A stretch of 64,000 nt of DNA from an uncultured Flavobacterium sp. (GTDB taxonomy: Bacteria > Bacteroidota > Bacteroidia > Flavobacteriales > Flavobacteriaceae), in NCBI GenBank assembly GCA_943912855.1, contig CALTVC010000008.1, positions 97,854-161,853 of the forward strand, read 5' to 3'. The position numbers and the translations under genes were made by a program. This document shows positions 1 through 9,011 of the stretch, piece after piece (position 1 is the stretch's first letter; each line of letters begins with the position of its first letter). Below the pieces are notes generated by a model. It saw only the letters and a list, made by a program, of their open reading frames with translations, was not told the DNA's origin and made no database searches.

Positions 1-2
1 TT

Positions 3-437
3 TATTATAATATGTTTGCTTTTATTCCTACCATTAAGGCTTCGGGCAGCATTTACCAGAATTATAGTGGCGATATAAAAGAGCCTTGGGTTTCTCCGCT
101 TGACATCGCTACTACTATTGCCGAAGAAATAGAACTACCGTTTAATGGCCGTACCGTGCGTTACATAGCCAGTGAGGAACTTACCGGTAAGGAAGTGGCT
201 AAAATTCTGGGCGATGCCATAGGACAAACCATCAATTGGGTTGAAATTCCCGATGCCGCTTTTGAAGAAAATCTTGTTAAGGCAGGCTTTACCGCGCAGG
301 CTGCTAAAGGACTTACCGAAATGAACGCCGGGCGGAGGGAAGGTTTGTACAACGATTATAACCAGCATAAACCGATTTTAGGTAACATTAAGGTGGCTGA
401 TTTTGCCAAAACTTTCGCCACGGTTTTTAACCAATAA
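3..437 (+). CDS. NmrA-like NAD(P)-binding protein, C-terminal part (truncated at window edge)
   Basis: Frame is open to the left edge (YYNMFAF...). Motifs 'WVSPLDIA', 'SEELTGKEVAKILGDAIG' and 'F.DFAK.FA' resemble the NmrA family; next to an AraC gene. Confidence 0.7.
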   Translation, partial: YYNMFAFIPTIKASGSIYQNYSGDIKEPWVSPLDIATTIAEEIELPFNGRTVRYIASEELTGKEVAKILGDAIGQTINWVEIPDAAFEENLVKAGFTAQAAKGLTEMNAGRREGLYNDYNQHKPILGNIKVADFAKTFATVFNQ

Positions 438-453
438 AGCGTACATTTAGGTT

Positions 454-1371
454 ATGGAAGTACCGTTGCGCATAAAAACAATATCTGATTTTCATAAGCT
501 CAGGGGATTGCCGGGGCCAGATCATCCGCTGGTAAGCATTATAGATTACGAGCAGATACAGCACAGTCCCGACAATAACCTTAAAAGCTGGATGCTTGAT
601 TTTTACAGTATTTCGGTAAAGCGAAATCCGGGTGTGAAGATGAAGTACGGCCATCAGCAATATGATTTTGATGATGGTGTAATGTTTTTTATGGCACCCG
701 GTCAGGTTTTTGGCATTGAGTATAATCCGGATGCTCCGCCTGTGCGGCACCGTGGCTGGATGTTGCTCATTCACCCTGATTTTTTATGGAATACGGCTCT
801 TGCCAAAAGCATAAAGCGCTATGAGTATTTCGGCTATGCCGTTAATGAGGCCTTGTTCCTTTCAGAGAAAGAGGAGCAGGCATTAGGTGCCATCATAGAG
901 AACATCAGGCAGGAAAGCCGTGCCAACATTGATTCCTTTACCCAAAACATTATTGTGGCACAGATAGAGTTGCTTCTGGCGTATGGCGAACGGTTTTACC
1001 AAAGGCAGTTCATAACCCGTAAGGTGTCGGGGAATCAATTACTAGATAAGCTGGAATTGTTGCTGGAGGAGTATTTCAGTACAGACGATTTGAGCGAAAA
1101 AGGTTTGCCTACGGTACAGTACATAGCCGATGCACTGCATGTAACTCCGAATTACCTTAGCGGAGTTTTAAAATCGTTTACGGGGCTGAGTACACAACAC
1201 CACATTCATGAAAAATTGATTGAAAAAGCTAAGGAACAGCTTTCGGTAACGAAATTAAGCATTAGTGAAATCGCTTACAGCCTGGGGTTTGAGCATTCGC
1301 AATCGTTCAGTAAGCTATTTAAAGCCAAGACTAACCTCTCTCCGCAGGAGTTCAGGCAGTCGTTCAACTGA
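454..1371 (+). CDS. AraC-family transcriptional regulator
   Basis: C-terminal double HTH 'PTVQYIADALHVTPNYLS...SISEIAYSLGFEHSQSFSKLFKAKTNLSPQEFR'. Confidence 0.95.
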   Translation: MEVPLRIKTISDFHKLRGLPGPDHPLVSIIDYEQIQHSPDNNLKSWMLDFYSISVKRNPGVKMKYGHQQYDFDDGVMFFMAPGQVFGIEYNPDAPPVRHRGWMLLIHPDFLWNTALAKSIKRYEYFGYAVNEALFLSEKEEQALGAIIENIRQESRANIDSFTQNIIVAQIELLLAYGERFYQRQFITRKVSGNQLLDKLELLLEEYFSTDDLSEKGLPTVQYIADALHVTPNYLSGVLKSFTGLSTQHHIHEKLIEKAKEQLSVTKLSISEIAYSLGFEHSQSFSKLFKAKTNLSPQEFRQSFN

Positions 1372-1482
1372 TATTTCATGCATTTTTAGTTTTTCGAAGG
1401 AAAATCTTGGTGCTCTTTATGAAAAAAAATTGAGTTTCGTGGTAAAATTTCACGTAAAGCCGCTAAGATGTAATGAGCCATA

Positions 1483-1519
1483 TAAAAAAATCCGGAACCA
1501 TAAGATTCCGGATTTTTTA
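1483..1519. terminator. Bidirectional intrinsic terminator between the AraC gene and relA
   Basis: A-tract, TCCGGAA-loop-TTCCGGA, T-tract, between convergent genes. Confidence 0.8.
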
Positions 1520-1537
1520 TGTTTAAAGTAATCAGTT

Positions 1538-3760
1538 TTAATTATTGTAAATCCGTGTTACTTTATCTATGCCGTCTATTTTTCTGATGTTCTCTATAAG
1601 CTTTTTCAGGATGGTATTGTTTTGTACCACCACGGTAACCTGTCCGTTAAACACACCTGCGTTACCGTTAAGCGATATGCTTTGTATGTTTACGTGCATG
1701 TTGTTACTAATTACCTTGGTAAGCTCATTGGTAAGCCCCAGGCTGTCCATACCGGTAATTTTAAGGGTAGCCTTAAATTCTTCCTGGCTACTGTCTATCC
1801 ACTTCGCCTGAATAATGCGATATGCAAAGTTACTCTGTAGCCTTATGGCATTAGGGCAGTCTTTTTTGTGAACTTTAATCCCTTCGTTTATCGTTACGAA
1901 ACCAAACACCTCGTCGCCCGGAATGGGGTTACAGCAGTTGGCAAGCTTATAATCCAGCTTATCATCGTTTTTACCAAAAACCAGCAGGTCGTAATTCTTG
2001 CTGATTTCATCTTTCTGTATCTGCTCCGGGGCAACCGTTGGCGACTTACGTATCTTCCCTTTAAAGAAGTTCATAAATGTGTTGCTCTTCAGTGCCGCGT
2101 AATCCTTTAGTTGCTGGTTGTCTATGCTGCCTATGCCTATGCGGTAAAACAGGTCAAGGCTTGTTTTTAGCTTAAAGTAGTTTACCAGTTCATTTATCGT
2201 AGCCTCATTAAGCGTAATTTTCAGGTGGCGTAGCTTACGGGTAAGGATTTCCTTGCCATCTTCGGCTATGCGTTTAGTATCTTCGTTTAGTACGTTTTTA
2301 ATCTTGTTTTTGGCACGTGCGGTAGTAACATAATCCAGCCAGTGCGAGTTCGGCTTTTGGTTTGGCGATGTAATTATTTCTACCTGGTCGCCACTGTTAA
2401 GTACGTGGTTTAGCGGAACCAACTTACCGTTTACACGCGTACCACGGGTGCGTATACCTACTTCCGAGTGTATGCTAAACGCAAAATCAAGCGAGGTTGC
2501 GCCTTTCGGTAACGACTTGATTTCTCCCTTCGGGGTAAAAATGTAAATTTCTTTCGAATATAAATTCAGCTTAAAGTCCTCTACAAAATCTACCGCGTTA
2601 GCCGATGTGTTTTCCAGGGCTTCTTTAAGCAGGTTCAGCCAGGTTTCAAGGCCGTGCTCTTCGTTGTTAGCACCCTGTTTGTATTTATAGTGTGCGGCGT
2701 ATCCTTTTTCAGCTACCTCGTCCATACGCTCACTACGCACCTGAACCTCTACCCAGCGCCCTTTTGGTCCCATAACGGTAATGTGCAGGGCTTCATATCC
2801 TGTACTTTTTGGCGATGAAATCCAGTCGCGCAGCCTGCTTGGGCTTGGGCGATAGTGGTCGGTTACTATAGAGTATATTTTCCACGCAATGAACTTCTCA
2901 TCGTGTGGGTTTGATTTATAAATAATGCGAAGCGCAAATTTGTCATACACCTCGTCAAAGGTTACACCTTGAGCCAGCATTTTGCGGCGTATAGAGTAAA
3001 TAGATTTTGGTCTACCTTTTATAGAATATTCTATCCCCTCGTTATTCATAGAATGACTTAACACATCACTAATTGACTTAATGTAAGCATCCTGTTCTTC
3101 CTTGCTCTCCTTCATTTTGCTTACAATGTCATTGTATACCGCGGGTTCGGTATACTTCAGACCAAGGTCTTCCAGCTGGTTTTTTATGTTATAAAGCCCC
3201 AGGCGGTGTGCCAGCGGAGCATATATGTACAGGGTTTCACTCGCTATTTTTGCCTGCTTATAGTCGGCCATGCTTTCCATGGTCTGCATATTGTGCAGTC
3301 GGTCGGCAAGTTTTATCAGTATTACCCTCACGTCATCGTTCAGGGTAAGGAGCATCTTACGGAAGTTTTCTGCCTGGAGTGATATTTCCTGGTCGGTTTT
3401 AACCTGCGCTATCTTGGTTAGTCCCTCTACAATCTGGGCTACCTTTGGGTTAAACATCGTACGGATGTCGTCTACGGTAATGTGCGTATCTTCCACTACA
3501 TCATGCAAGAGCGCCGAAGCGATGGAAGTAGCACCAAGCCCTATCTCAGATGCCACTATCTTAGCCACCGCGATAGGATGGAAGATATATGCCTCTCCAG
3601 ATTTGCGGCGTTGGTCTTTGTGCGCGTCAACAGCTACATCAAACGCCTTGCGAATCAGTTTTTTATCCTCATCGGTAAGTGTTTGGTAGCTAATGCGAAG
3701 CAATTCTTTATATTCTTTTGCTATCGCTTTGTTTTCCTGTTCTATATCAATCTCGGTCAT
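1538..3760 (-). CDS. relA: Bifunctional (p)ppGpp synthetase/hydrolase, RelA/SpoT family
   Basis: HD hydrolase motif (LLHDVVEDT), 'IKLADRLHNM', synthetase 'PKSTGYEALH', TGS domain, C-terminal ACT domain. Start set at MTEIDIE (3760); the ORF track extends to 3778. Confidence 0.95.
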   Translation of the reverse strand: MTEIDIEQENKAIAKEYKELLRISYQTLTDEDKKLIRKAFDVAVDAHKDQRRKSGEAYIFHPIAVAKIVASEIGLGATSIASALLHDVVEDTHITVDDIRTMFNPKVAQIVEGLTKIAQVKTDQEISLQAENFRKMLLTLNDDVRVILIKLADRLHNMQTMESMADYKQAKIASETLYIYAPLAHRLGLYNIKNQLEDLGLKYTEPAVYNDIVSKMKESKEEQDAYIKSISDVLSHSMNNEGIEYSIKGRPKSIYSIRRKMLAQGVTFDEVYDKFALRIIYKSNPHDEKFIAWKIYSIVTDHYRPSPSRLRDWISSPKSTGYEALHITVMGPKGRWVEVQVRSERMDEVAEKGYAAHYKYKQGANNEEHGLETWLNLLKEALENTSANAVDFVEDFKLNLYSKEIYIFTPKGEIKSLPKGATSLDFAFSIHSEVGIRTRGTRVNGKLVPLNHVLNSGDQVEIITSPNQKPNSHWLDYVTTARAKNKIKNVLNEDTKRIAEDGKEILTRKLRHLKITLNEATINELVNYFKLKTSLDLFYRIGIGSIDNQQLKDYAALKSNTFMNFFKGKIRKSPTVAPEQIQKDEISKNYDLLVFGKNDDKLDYKLANCCNPIPGDEVFGFVTINEGIKVHKKDCPNAIRLQSNFAYRIIQAKWIDSSQEEFKATLKITGMDSLGLTNELTKVISNNMHVNIQSISLNGNAGVFNGQVTVVVQNNTILKKLIENIRKIDGIDKVTRIYNN

Positions 3761-3811
3761 AGTAGTCGTCATCTGCATTAAATATATGAAAACTTCAGAA
3801 TATACGCAACA

Positions 3812-3944
3812 TGGGTTATTCGGTAATTTGGTTATACGGTTATGCGATGTTTTTGGTTTATTGTTTGCAGTTGTGGAACGAATTTACATATTAACGAATC
3901 CACTACGAACGAATAACCGTATAACCAAATTACCGAATAACCCA
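3812..3944. repeat. Perfect 32-bp inverted repeat with internal 8-nt periodicity
   Basis: TGGGTTATTCGGTAATTTGGTTATACGGTTAT (3812-3843) is the exact reverse complement of 3913-3944. Confidence 0.9.
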
Positions 3945-4008
3945 AAACGAAAGCCCCACCATAAAGGCAGGGCTTGCAGACACAGAGAAAACTAAAAAAC
4001 AAACAAAA

Positions 4009-4761
4009 TTACCTGATTCCTCCCGCGGCTGTAATGCGCTCTCCGGTAAGCCATCCTGCATCTTCAGAGGCAAGGAAGGTTACCACACGGGCTATATCAT
4101 CGGGTTGACCAAGACGGCCAAGTGGGGTAGAAGCTATGGTTTGTGCTTCCATTTCGCTGCCTTTAATACCGGCTGTTGCAAAACCTTCGGTTTCTATCAT
4201 GCCCGGTGCTACTGCATTTACACGTATGTTTTTAGGTGCAAGTTCAGATGCAAGGCTAAGGGTAATGGTGTCTAAAGCTCCTTTAGTAGCAGAATATACA
4301 GACGAAGCGGGGAAACCTTTACGGCTTACTACAGAACCTACGTTAATAATGCTGCCGCCCGTTTCCGGGAAATGCTTTTCGGCTTGCTGGCTGGCAAGGA
4401 TTACACCCCAAACATTTGTATTAAACTGCCTGTCGTAATGCTCCCTTGTAATTCCTTCAAGCGGACTAAATTCGTACACACCGGCGTTGTTTACCAGAAT
4501 ATCTATACGACCAAAAGCTTTTACGGTTTCATCAAACAATTGCTTTACATCGGCTTCGCTTGTAACACTGCCTTTAACCGCTATGGCACGTCCGCCGTCA
4601 GCAGTAATCTGGCTTACGGCTTTGTTAGCGCCTGTTTCGTCGTTGGCGTAATTTACGGTTACAGCTGCACCAGCCGCAGCAAGGTTCTTGGCTATTGCGG
4701 TACCTATTCCTTTAGATGCACCGGTTACTATGGCTACTTTTCCTTCTAATTTTAAGCTCAT
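4009..4761 (-). CDS. Short-chain dehydrogenase/reductase (FabG-like)
   Basis: TGASKGIG Rossmann motif, NNAG, catalytic YSATK. Confidence 0.95.
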   Translation of the reverse strand: MSLKLEGKVAIVTGASKGIGTAIAKNLAAAGAAVTVNYANDETGANKAVSQITADGGRAIAVKGSVTSEADVKQLFDETVKAFGRIDILVNNAGVYEFSPLEGITREHYDRQFNTNVWGVILASQQAEKHFPETGGSIINVGSVVSRKGFPASSVYSATKGALDTITLSLASELAPKNIRVNAVAPGMIETEGFATAGIKGSEMEAQTIASTPLGRLGQPDDIARVVTFLASEDAGWLTGERITAAGGIR

Positions 4762-4900
4762 GATAAAATAATAAATTTATATATCTAAATATTTCAATGT
4801 TTTTAAGCCGAAAAAAGAGCAGTTAAATCCTGCCCCTGTGTGTTGGCTTTCACTATGCAATATTAGTGAATAAATTAATACATTTATATTTTTCTATATA

Positions 4901-5176
4901 TTATTTTTCTACCAGTGAATTCAGGAAGGTAATGTAACCTCCAAAAACATCATTATCAATGGTGTAGCGAATGTTTCTGCCTTCCTTTTCGGCAATGAGC
5001 AGTCCGGCATCGGTAAGCTGTTTTATGTGGTGCGACACAGAGGGTTGTGCCAAATCAATCATATCGCACAGATGCGCGCAAGGCATCCAGCCGTTCTTCT
5101 TAACCTCCTGCATTATGCGTAAGCGGTGCGGATCGCCCAGCGCTTTCGAAATACGTTCTATATCTTTTGGCTTCAT
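4901..5176 (-). CDS. ArsR/SmtB-family transcriptional regulator
   Basis: 'KALGDPHRLRIM...LAQPSVSHHIKQLTDAGLL...EGR' winged helix; start set at MKPKD. Confidence 0.9.
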   Translation of the reverse strand: MKPKDIERISKALGDPHRLRIMQEVKKNGWMPCAHLCDMIDLAQPSVSHHIKQLTDAGLLIAEKEGRNIRYTIDNDVFGGYITFLNSLVEK

Positions 5177-5220
5177 ATACAATTGAAAAATGCAAATTTA
5201 TCAATTTATATTGGGATTAC

Positions 5221-5772
5221 CTAACGGCAATATTTTTCAAGGAGTTGCTGTTCAATGCCCTTGCTAATCGCCCGCTTATAAAACAACCCGAACAGGGGTG
5301 CTATAAGTTTGGCAAGCGGGTTGCTAAAGTGTGTATCGCCCCAGTGGTACATTATGGCGGTGTGATATATATTCTTAGGGATTTGATTTTTAGTAATCGT
5401 TTGTCCGTCGTTTACTAACCCGAACATCGCTTTTAAAAAGTTCTCAAAACCGGGCTGGGCAGGAGTAAGCTTTACACGAAAAACAATGGTTGCATTGGTA
5501 TCATTATAAAACTTATGATGCGCCTTAGGAGCTACCACAGCGTTTTCCCCGGGATTAAGGTGGAATTTTTTATTACCAAGCTGTAACCCAAGTTTGCCTT
5601 TTACTGAGGTAAAGGTTTCAGTAAAACCGGTATGGTAGTGCAGTGGATTGCTGCCACCGGGTGTAAGGCTTACTTCAAAATGGGTATACGCGCCATTAGT
5701 ATCTTCAGCGCTTTGCAGTATAGTAGTATACTCGCCGTTTATGGGGTTATGGTATGTTTTTGGCTCCGGCAT
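5221..5772 (-). CDS. Cupin domain protein
   Basis: Cupin motifs 'PLHYH...ETFTSVKGKL' and 'PGE.AVVAPKAHHKFYN'; ATG overlaps the upstream stop (TAATG). Confidence 0.85.
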   Translation of the reverse strand: MPEPKTYHNPINGEYTTILQSAEDTNGAYTHFEVSLTPGGSNPLHYHTGFTETFTSVKGKLGLQLGNKKFHLNPGENAVVAPKAHHKFYNDTNATIVFRVKLTPAQPGFENFLKAMFGLVNDGQTITKNQIPKNIYHTAIMYHWGDTHFSNPLAKLIAPLFGLFYKRAISKGIEQQLLEKYCR

Positions 5773-6311
5773 TACAGGCAACTGAACTCGCATCTTATTT
5801 TGCGGAGTTTCCCTTTTTTAAAATAAAACAACCATAGGCAGTCGTTATCTTTTTCAAGCGGAAGAAGGGTAACAACACTCCACGGACCGTTTTCATCATC
5901 TTCTTCCTCCTCAATTTGGGATACGGCAATAGGGTATACCTTGCCAAAGTTTTTCAGTGTTGTAGTACTGTCAAACCAGTCGTCCTTATGCTGGAAGAAC
6001 ATATTTTTACGTACCGAAAAATCAATCTCCCTAAAGTTCATCACCCCGTTATCCATTTCATAGCGTATCCCTCTGTGATACACCATTTTTACATTTTTCT
6101 CATTTTCGGTGCCACAAATCTGGTCTGGAAGGGGAGCAGTAATGCTGTCGGCTTTACGTTTGTGTATGCTTTCAAATTCCTTTAGTGTAAGGGTAAGCGG
6201 TATTTTGTTGTTTACCTTAGCGGTTTCCCACGAAATCAACTCGTCGTTTTCCTGAGAAAACGACAGTAAAGAAAACAGTAGTATAAAAACAGAAAGTAGG
6301 CTTTTCATCAT
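5772..6311 (-). CDS. Hypothetical exported protein
   Basis: Signal peptide ending 'SFSQ'; tightly packed between co-oriented genes. Confidence 0.75.
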   Translation of the reverse strand: MMKSLLSVFILLFSLLSFSQENDELISWETAKVNNKIPLTLTLKEFESIHKRKADSITAPLPDQICGTENEKNVKMVYHRGIRYEMDNGVMNFREIDFSVRKNMFFQHKDDWFDSTTTLKNFGKVYPIAVSQIEEEEDDENGPWSVVTLLPLEKDNDCLWLFYFKKGKLRKIRCEFSCL

Positions 6312-7106
6312 CTAAATTTTAAAATCGCGTTGGCGTTTTGCTTCAAATATAAGGATTGCCGCCGCAACAGATACGTTCATGCTGTCTATTTCGCCCTGCA
6401 TGGGTATGATTATATTACGGGTGCTGGCATCGCGCCATGCCTGTGTAAGCCCTGTAGCTTCGGTACCTACAACAAGTGCGCTGCCCGCGTTATAGTCCTG
6501 ATCGTGGTAGAATGCCGAATCCTGTAACGTGGCACAATAGATGTTTATTTTATGCTTCTTGAGAAAGGCAATAACCTCGTCTGTAGTACCGGTGGCTATC
6601 TGGTTGGTAAACAGACACCCCACGCTGCTACGCACCATGTTAGGGTTATACATGTCGGTTTTAGGGTTGGCTATGATTACGGCGTCCAGCCTGGCGGCAT
6701 CAGCGGTGCGAAGCATAGCCCCCAGGTTACCCGGTTTTTCGGTAGCTTCAGCAACTAAAATAAGCGGGTTTTCCTTAAGCTGAAGGTCGTCCAGGTTCAG
6801 GCTTTTTGTTTTGGCTATGGCTATTACCCCCTCGGTGGTATCGCGGTAGGCAAGTTTTTGGTACACCTCCCTGCTTATCTGAATGTATTCCGGGGTGCAG
6901 CCTGCTATGGCACTTACCTGTGTTTCGGCAAGCATATCGGGTACAAAAAGCACTGTTTCCAACTCGTAACCGCCTTTACGGGCAAGTTCCAGTTCGCGCT
7001 GGCCTTCTATGATAAACGTACCGCTTTGCCTGCGGGCTTTAGCCTTCTCCTGAAGTTGTACAAGCTGTTTTATGTAGGGGTTTTGCGCGCTGGTAATCTG
7101 TTTCAT
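6312..7106 (-). CDS. TrmH/SpoU-family RNA 2'-O-methyltransferase
   Basis: SPOUT motifs 'EKPGNLGAMLRTADA', 'VVGTEATGL', 'IPMQGEIDSMNVSVAAAI'. Confidence 0.95.
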   Translation of the reverse strand: MKQITSAQNPYIKQLVQLQEKAKARRQSGTFIIEGQRELELARKGGYELETVLFVPDMLAETQVSAIAGCTPEYIQISREVYQKLAYRDTTEGVIAIAKTKSLNLDDLQLKENPLILVAEATEKPGNLGAMLRTADAARLDAVIIANPKTDMYNPNMVRSSVGCLFTNQIATGTTDEVIAFLKKHKINIYCATLQDSAFYHDQDYNAGSALVVGTEATGLTQAWRDASTRNIIIPMQGEIDSMNVSVAAAILIFEAKRQRDFKI

Positions 7107-7149
7107 GTGCTTATTATGGTAAGCGCAAAGGTATCGTAAAAAATGGGGA

Positions 7150-7995
7150 TTAAAAATCAGTACGTACCACTTCGGCTACTTTATCTTTATTATTAACATC
7201 TTCCAGCAGCATTTTTACATAGGTAGTGGTTTCGCTATCAGGATATTTCTTTACAAATTCCGTAAAAGCTTTGCGTGCTTCAGTATCCATCTGATTGTTG
7301 GTAATTTCTATTACCTGTGTATTGTCTAACCCAAGCAGAAAGGCGTGACGGTACATTTTGTACGTGCCTTCCGCTTCTTTCCTGAATTTACTTTCAGGGT
7401 ATTTTTTTATGAAATTTTCCCACGTTACTACCCGTTCGCCCAAATCTTTCCAGGGGATAGATACAGCTGCATCAGATTCCCATAATTCTTTTTCCTCATC
7501 GGCCACTATAGAAATTGCTTCGTCGTAGTCGGCCGTAACCTTACCCGAAAAGATGTTCTTATAATAATCAGCCACCGTACGCACAACCACCATGCCTTCG
7601 CCTATGTCCCAGATTTCAAGATCAGCGGGTTGAATTTTGTTTTCCAGTGCCTTCAGTTTTTTTGCTACCGAAGCATCGTCTGTGGCATGCGCCGTTTCAA
7701 GGAAACTTCCTTCAAAATTATTAATCGCGCCCAAGGCTTCCATATCAGATGCAAACAGCTTATCGTAAATTTCATTTGCCTTTTCAGCCGAAACACCTTT
7801 AAGCAGTGCCAAAGCTTCCTGTTTGTTCTTTACAATCTGCGCCACAAACAGCACGGTTGAATCTTTACCCGTGGTAGCGCTTGTGGTTTCGATAGGTGCA
7901 AGTGTGTCCTGTGCCACGGTTTCTGTAGTTGTTTCCTCCTTTTTACAGCCTGTAGTAATGGCCAGGGAAAGTAGTATTAGGGATATTTTTCTCAT
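7150..7995 (-). CDS. Hypothetical lipoprotein
   Basis: Lipobox 'ITTGC' followed by KKEE; helical 'FIKKYPES' and 'FVKKYPDS' repeats. Confidence 0.75.
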   Translation of the reverse strand: MRKISLILLSLAITTGCKKEETTTETVAQDTLAPIETTSATTGKDSTVLFVAQIVKNKQEALALLKGVSAEKANEIYDKLFASDMEALGAINNFEGSFLETAHATDDASVAKKLKALENKIQPADLEIWDIGEGMVVVRTVADYYKNIFSGKVTADYDEAISIVADEEKELWESDAAVSIPWKDLGERVVTWENFIKKYPESKFRKEAEGTYKMYRHAFLLGLDNTQVIEITNNQMDTEARKAFTEFVKKYPDSETTTYVKMLLEDVNNKDKVAEVVRTDF

Positions 7996-7999
7996 GGTT

Positions 8000-9010
8000 T
8001 TAATGGGGGAATTTAGCCTGAAGGCGCTGTTTTATCTCTATAAAACTTCTGTGGTTTAATGGGAATTCCAATAGCACGTGTCCAAAACTGAGTAGGAACA
8101 ACCACTTCAGCCCGGTTTTATAATCGATTATGTACAACACTACTGATGCTGCCCAAAGGACCACTATTGCTATAAGGTTAATCTTTTTGGTGTTGTGCCA
8201 TTGTATGACCGATGTCTTGCTGAACCAGTTTAGGTAATGGTAGGTATAAGCAAATGCTATAAACCGCATAACACGTATGCCGGCATCAGAAAAATATACG
8301 GGGAGTTCGCTGTAACGGTAGCCGTCGTGTGTACCTGCGGTGCTGAGTGTGTCGGGGTCGAACGCATTGAACAATGCCAGTATCACTTTATTTACACGGA
8401 TAAATGACGCGTGGTTGTCACGTATTTGCTCTGACATGATTTCGAGCGTGTAGTGCGTTCCGGCAAACAACGTAGCCAAAGCACAAAACACAAAAATGCA
8501 CAGTGATGCCAACCCGGTTTTACTGTTGCTCTTTAAAGCGCCAACCAAAATAAACAGCCCGGTAAACACAAACACGTGTATGAGGGTAGGCATTAAGGTT
8601 GAGAAGGCAATACGGAAATACTTCGGGAAAAAAGTGAGCAACGCTATACCTACCATAAGTGAACCGACAGTGAACAATATCTTTGCCTTTACTGTTTTAA
8701 ACAGCACAAAGCCAAGTGCAGCAGCAAAAACCGTAAACGTAATTACAGATACATAGGCACGTAATGGCAACTTAAAAAACACCAGAATGCCTACTAATAA
8801 AGTAGCGATGATAATAAAACGGTAGTCGCTCTTAGCGGCTGTGAAGTACTGTTTTTGGTGCAGCCAGTTGATTTCGGTGAGGTAATGCAACGGCCCCAGG
8901 AACGCGTATACAAATAAGAAGCACTGAAACGGCAACAAAAACGCAGGGATAAGCGAGAGCAGCATAAGCCCTATGTTTAATCGGTCTATTTGTGCCGTGG
9001 TGAGTTTCAT
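8000..9010 (-). CDS. Uncharacterised multi-pass membrane protein with His motifs
   Basis: Many hydrophobic segments; motifs GPLHYLTE, YTYHYLNW, HVLLEFPLNH. Confidence 0.75.
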   Translation of the reverse strand: MKLTTAQIDRLNIGLMLLSLIPAFLLPFQCFLFVYAFLGPLHYLTEINWLHQKQYFTAAKSDYRFIIIATLLVGILVFFKLPLRAYVSVITFTVFAAALGFVLFKTVKAKILFTVGSLMVGIALLTFFPKYFRIAFSTLMPTLIHVFVFTGLFILVGALKSNSKTGLASLCIFVFCALATLFAGTHYTLEIMSEQIRDNHASFIRVNKVILALFNAFDPDTLSTAGTHDGYRYSELPVYFSDAGIRVMRFIAFAYTYHYLNWFSKTSVIQWHNTKKINLIAIVVLWAASVVLYIIDYKTGLKWLFLLSFGHVLLEFPLNHRSFIEIKQRLQAKFPH

Positions 9011-9011
9011 G

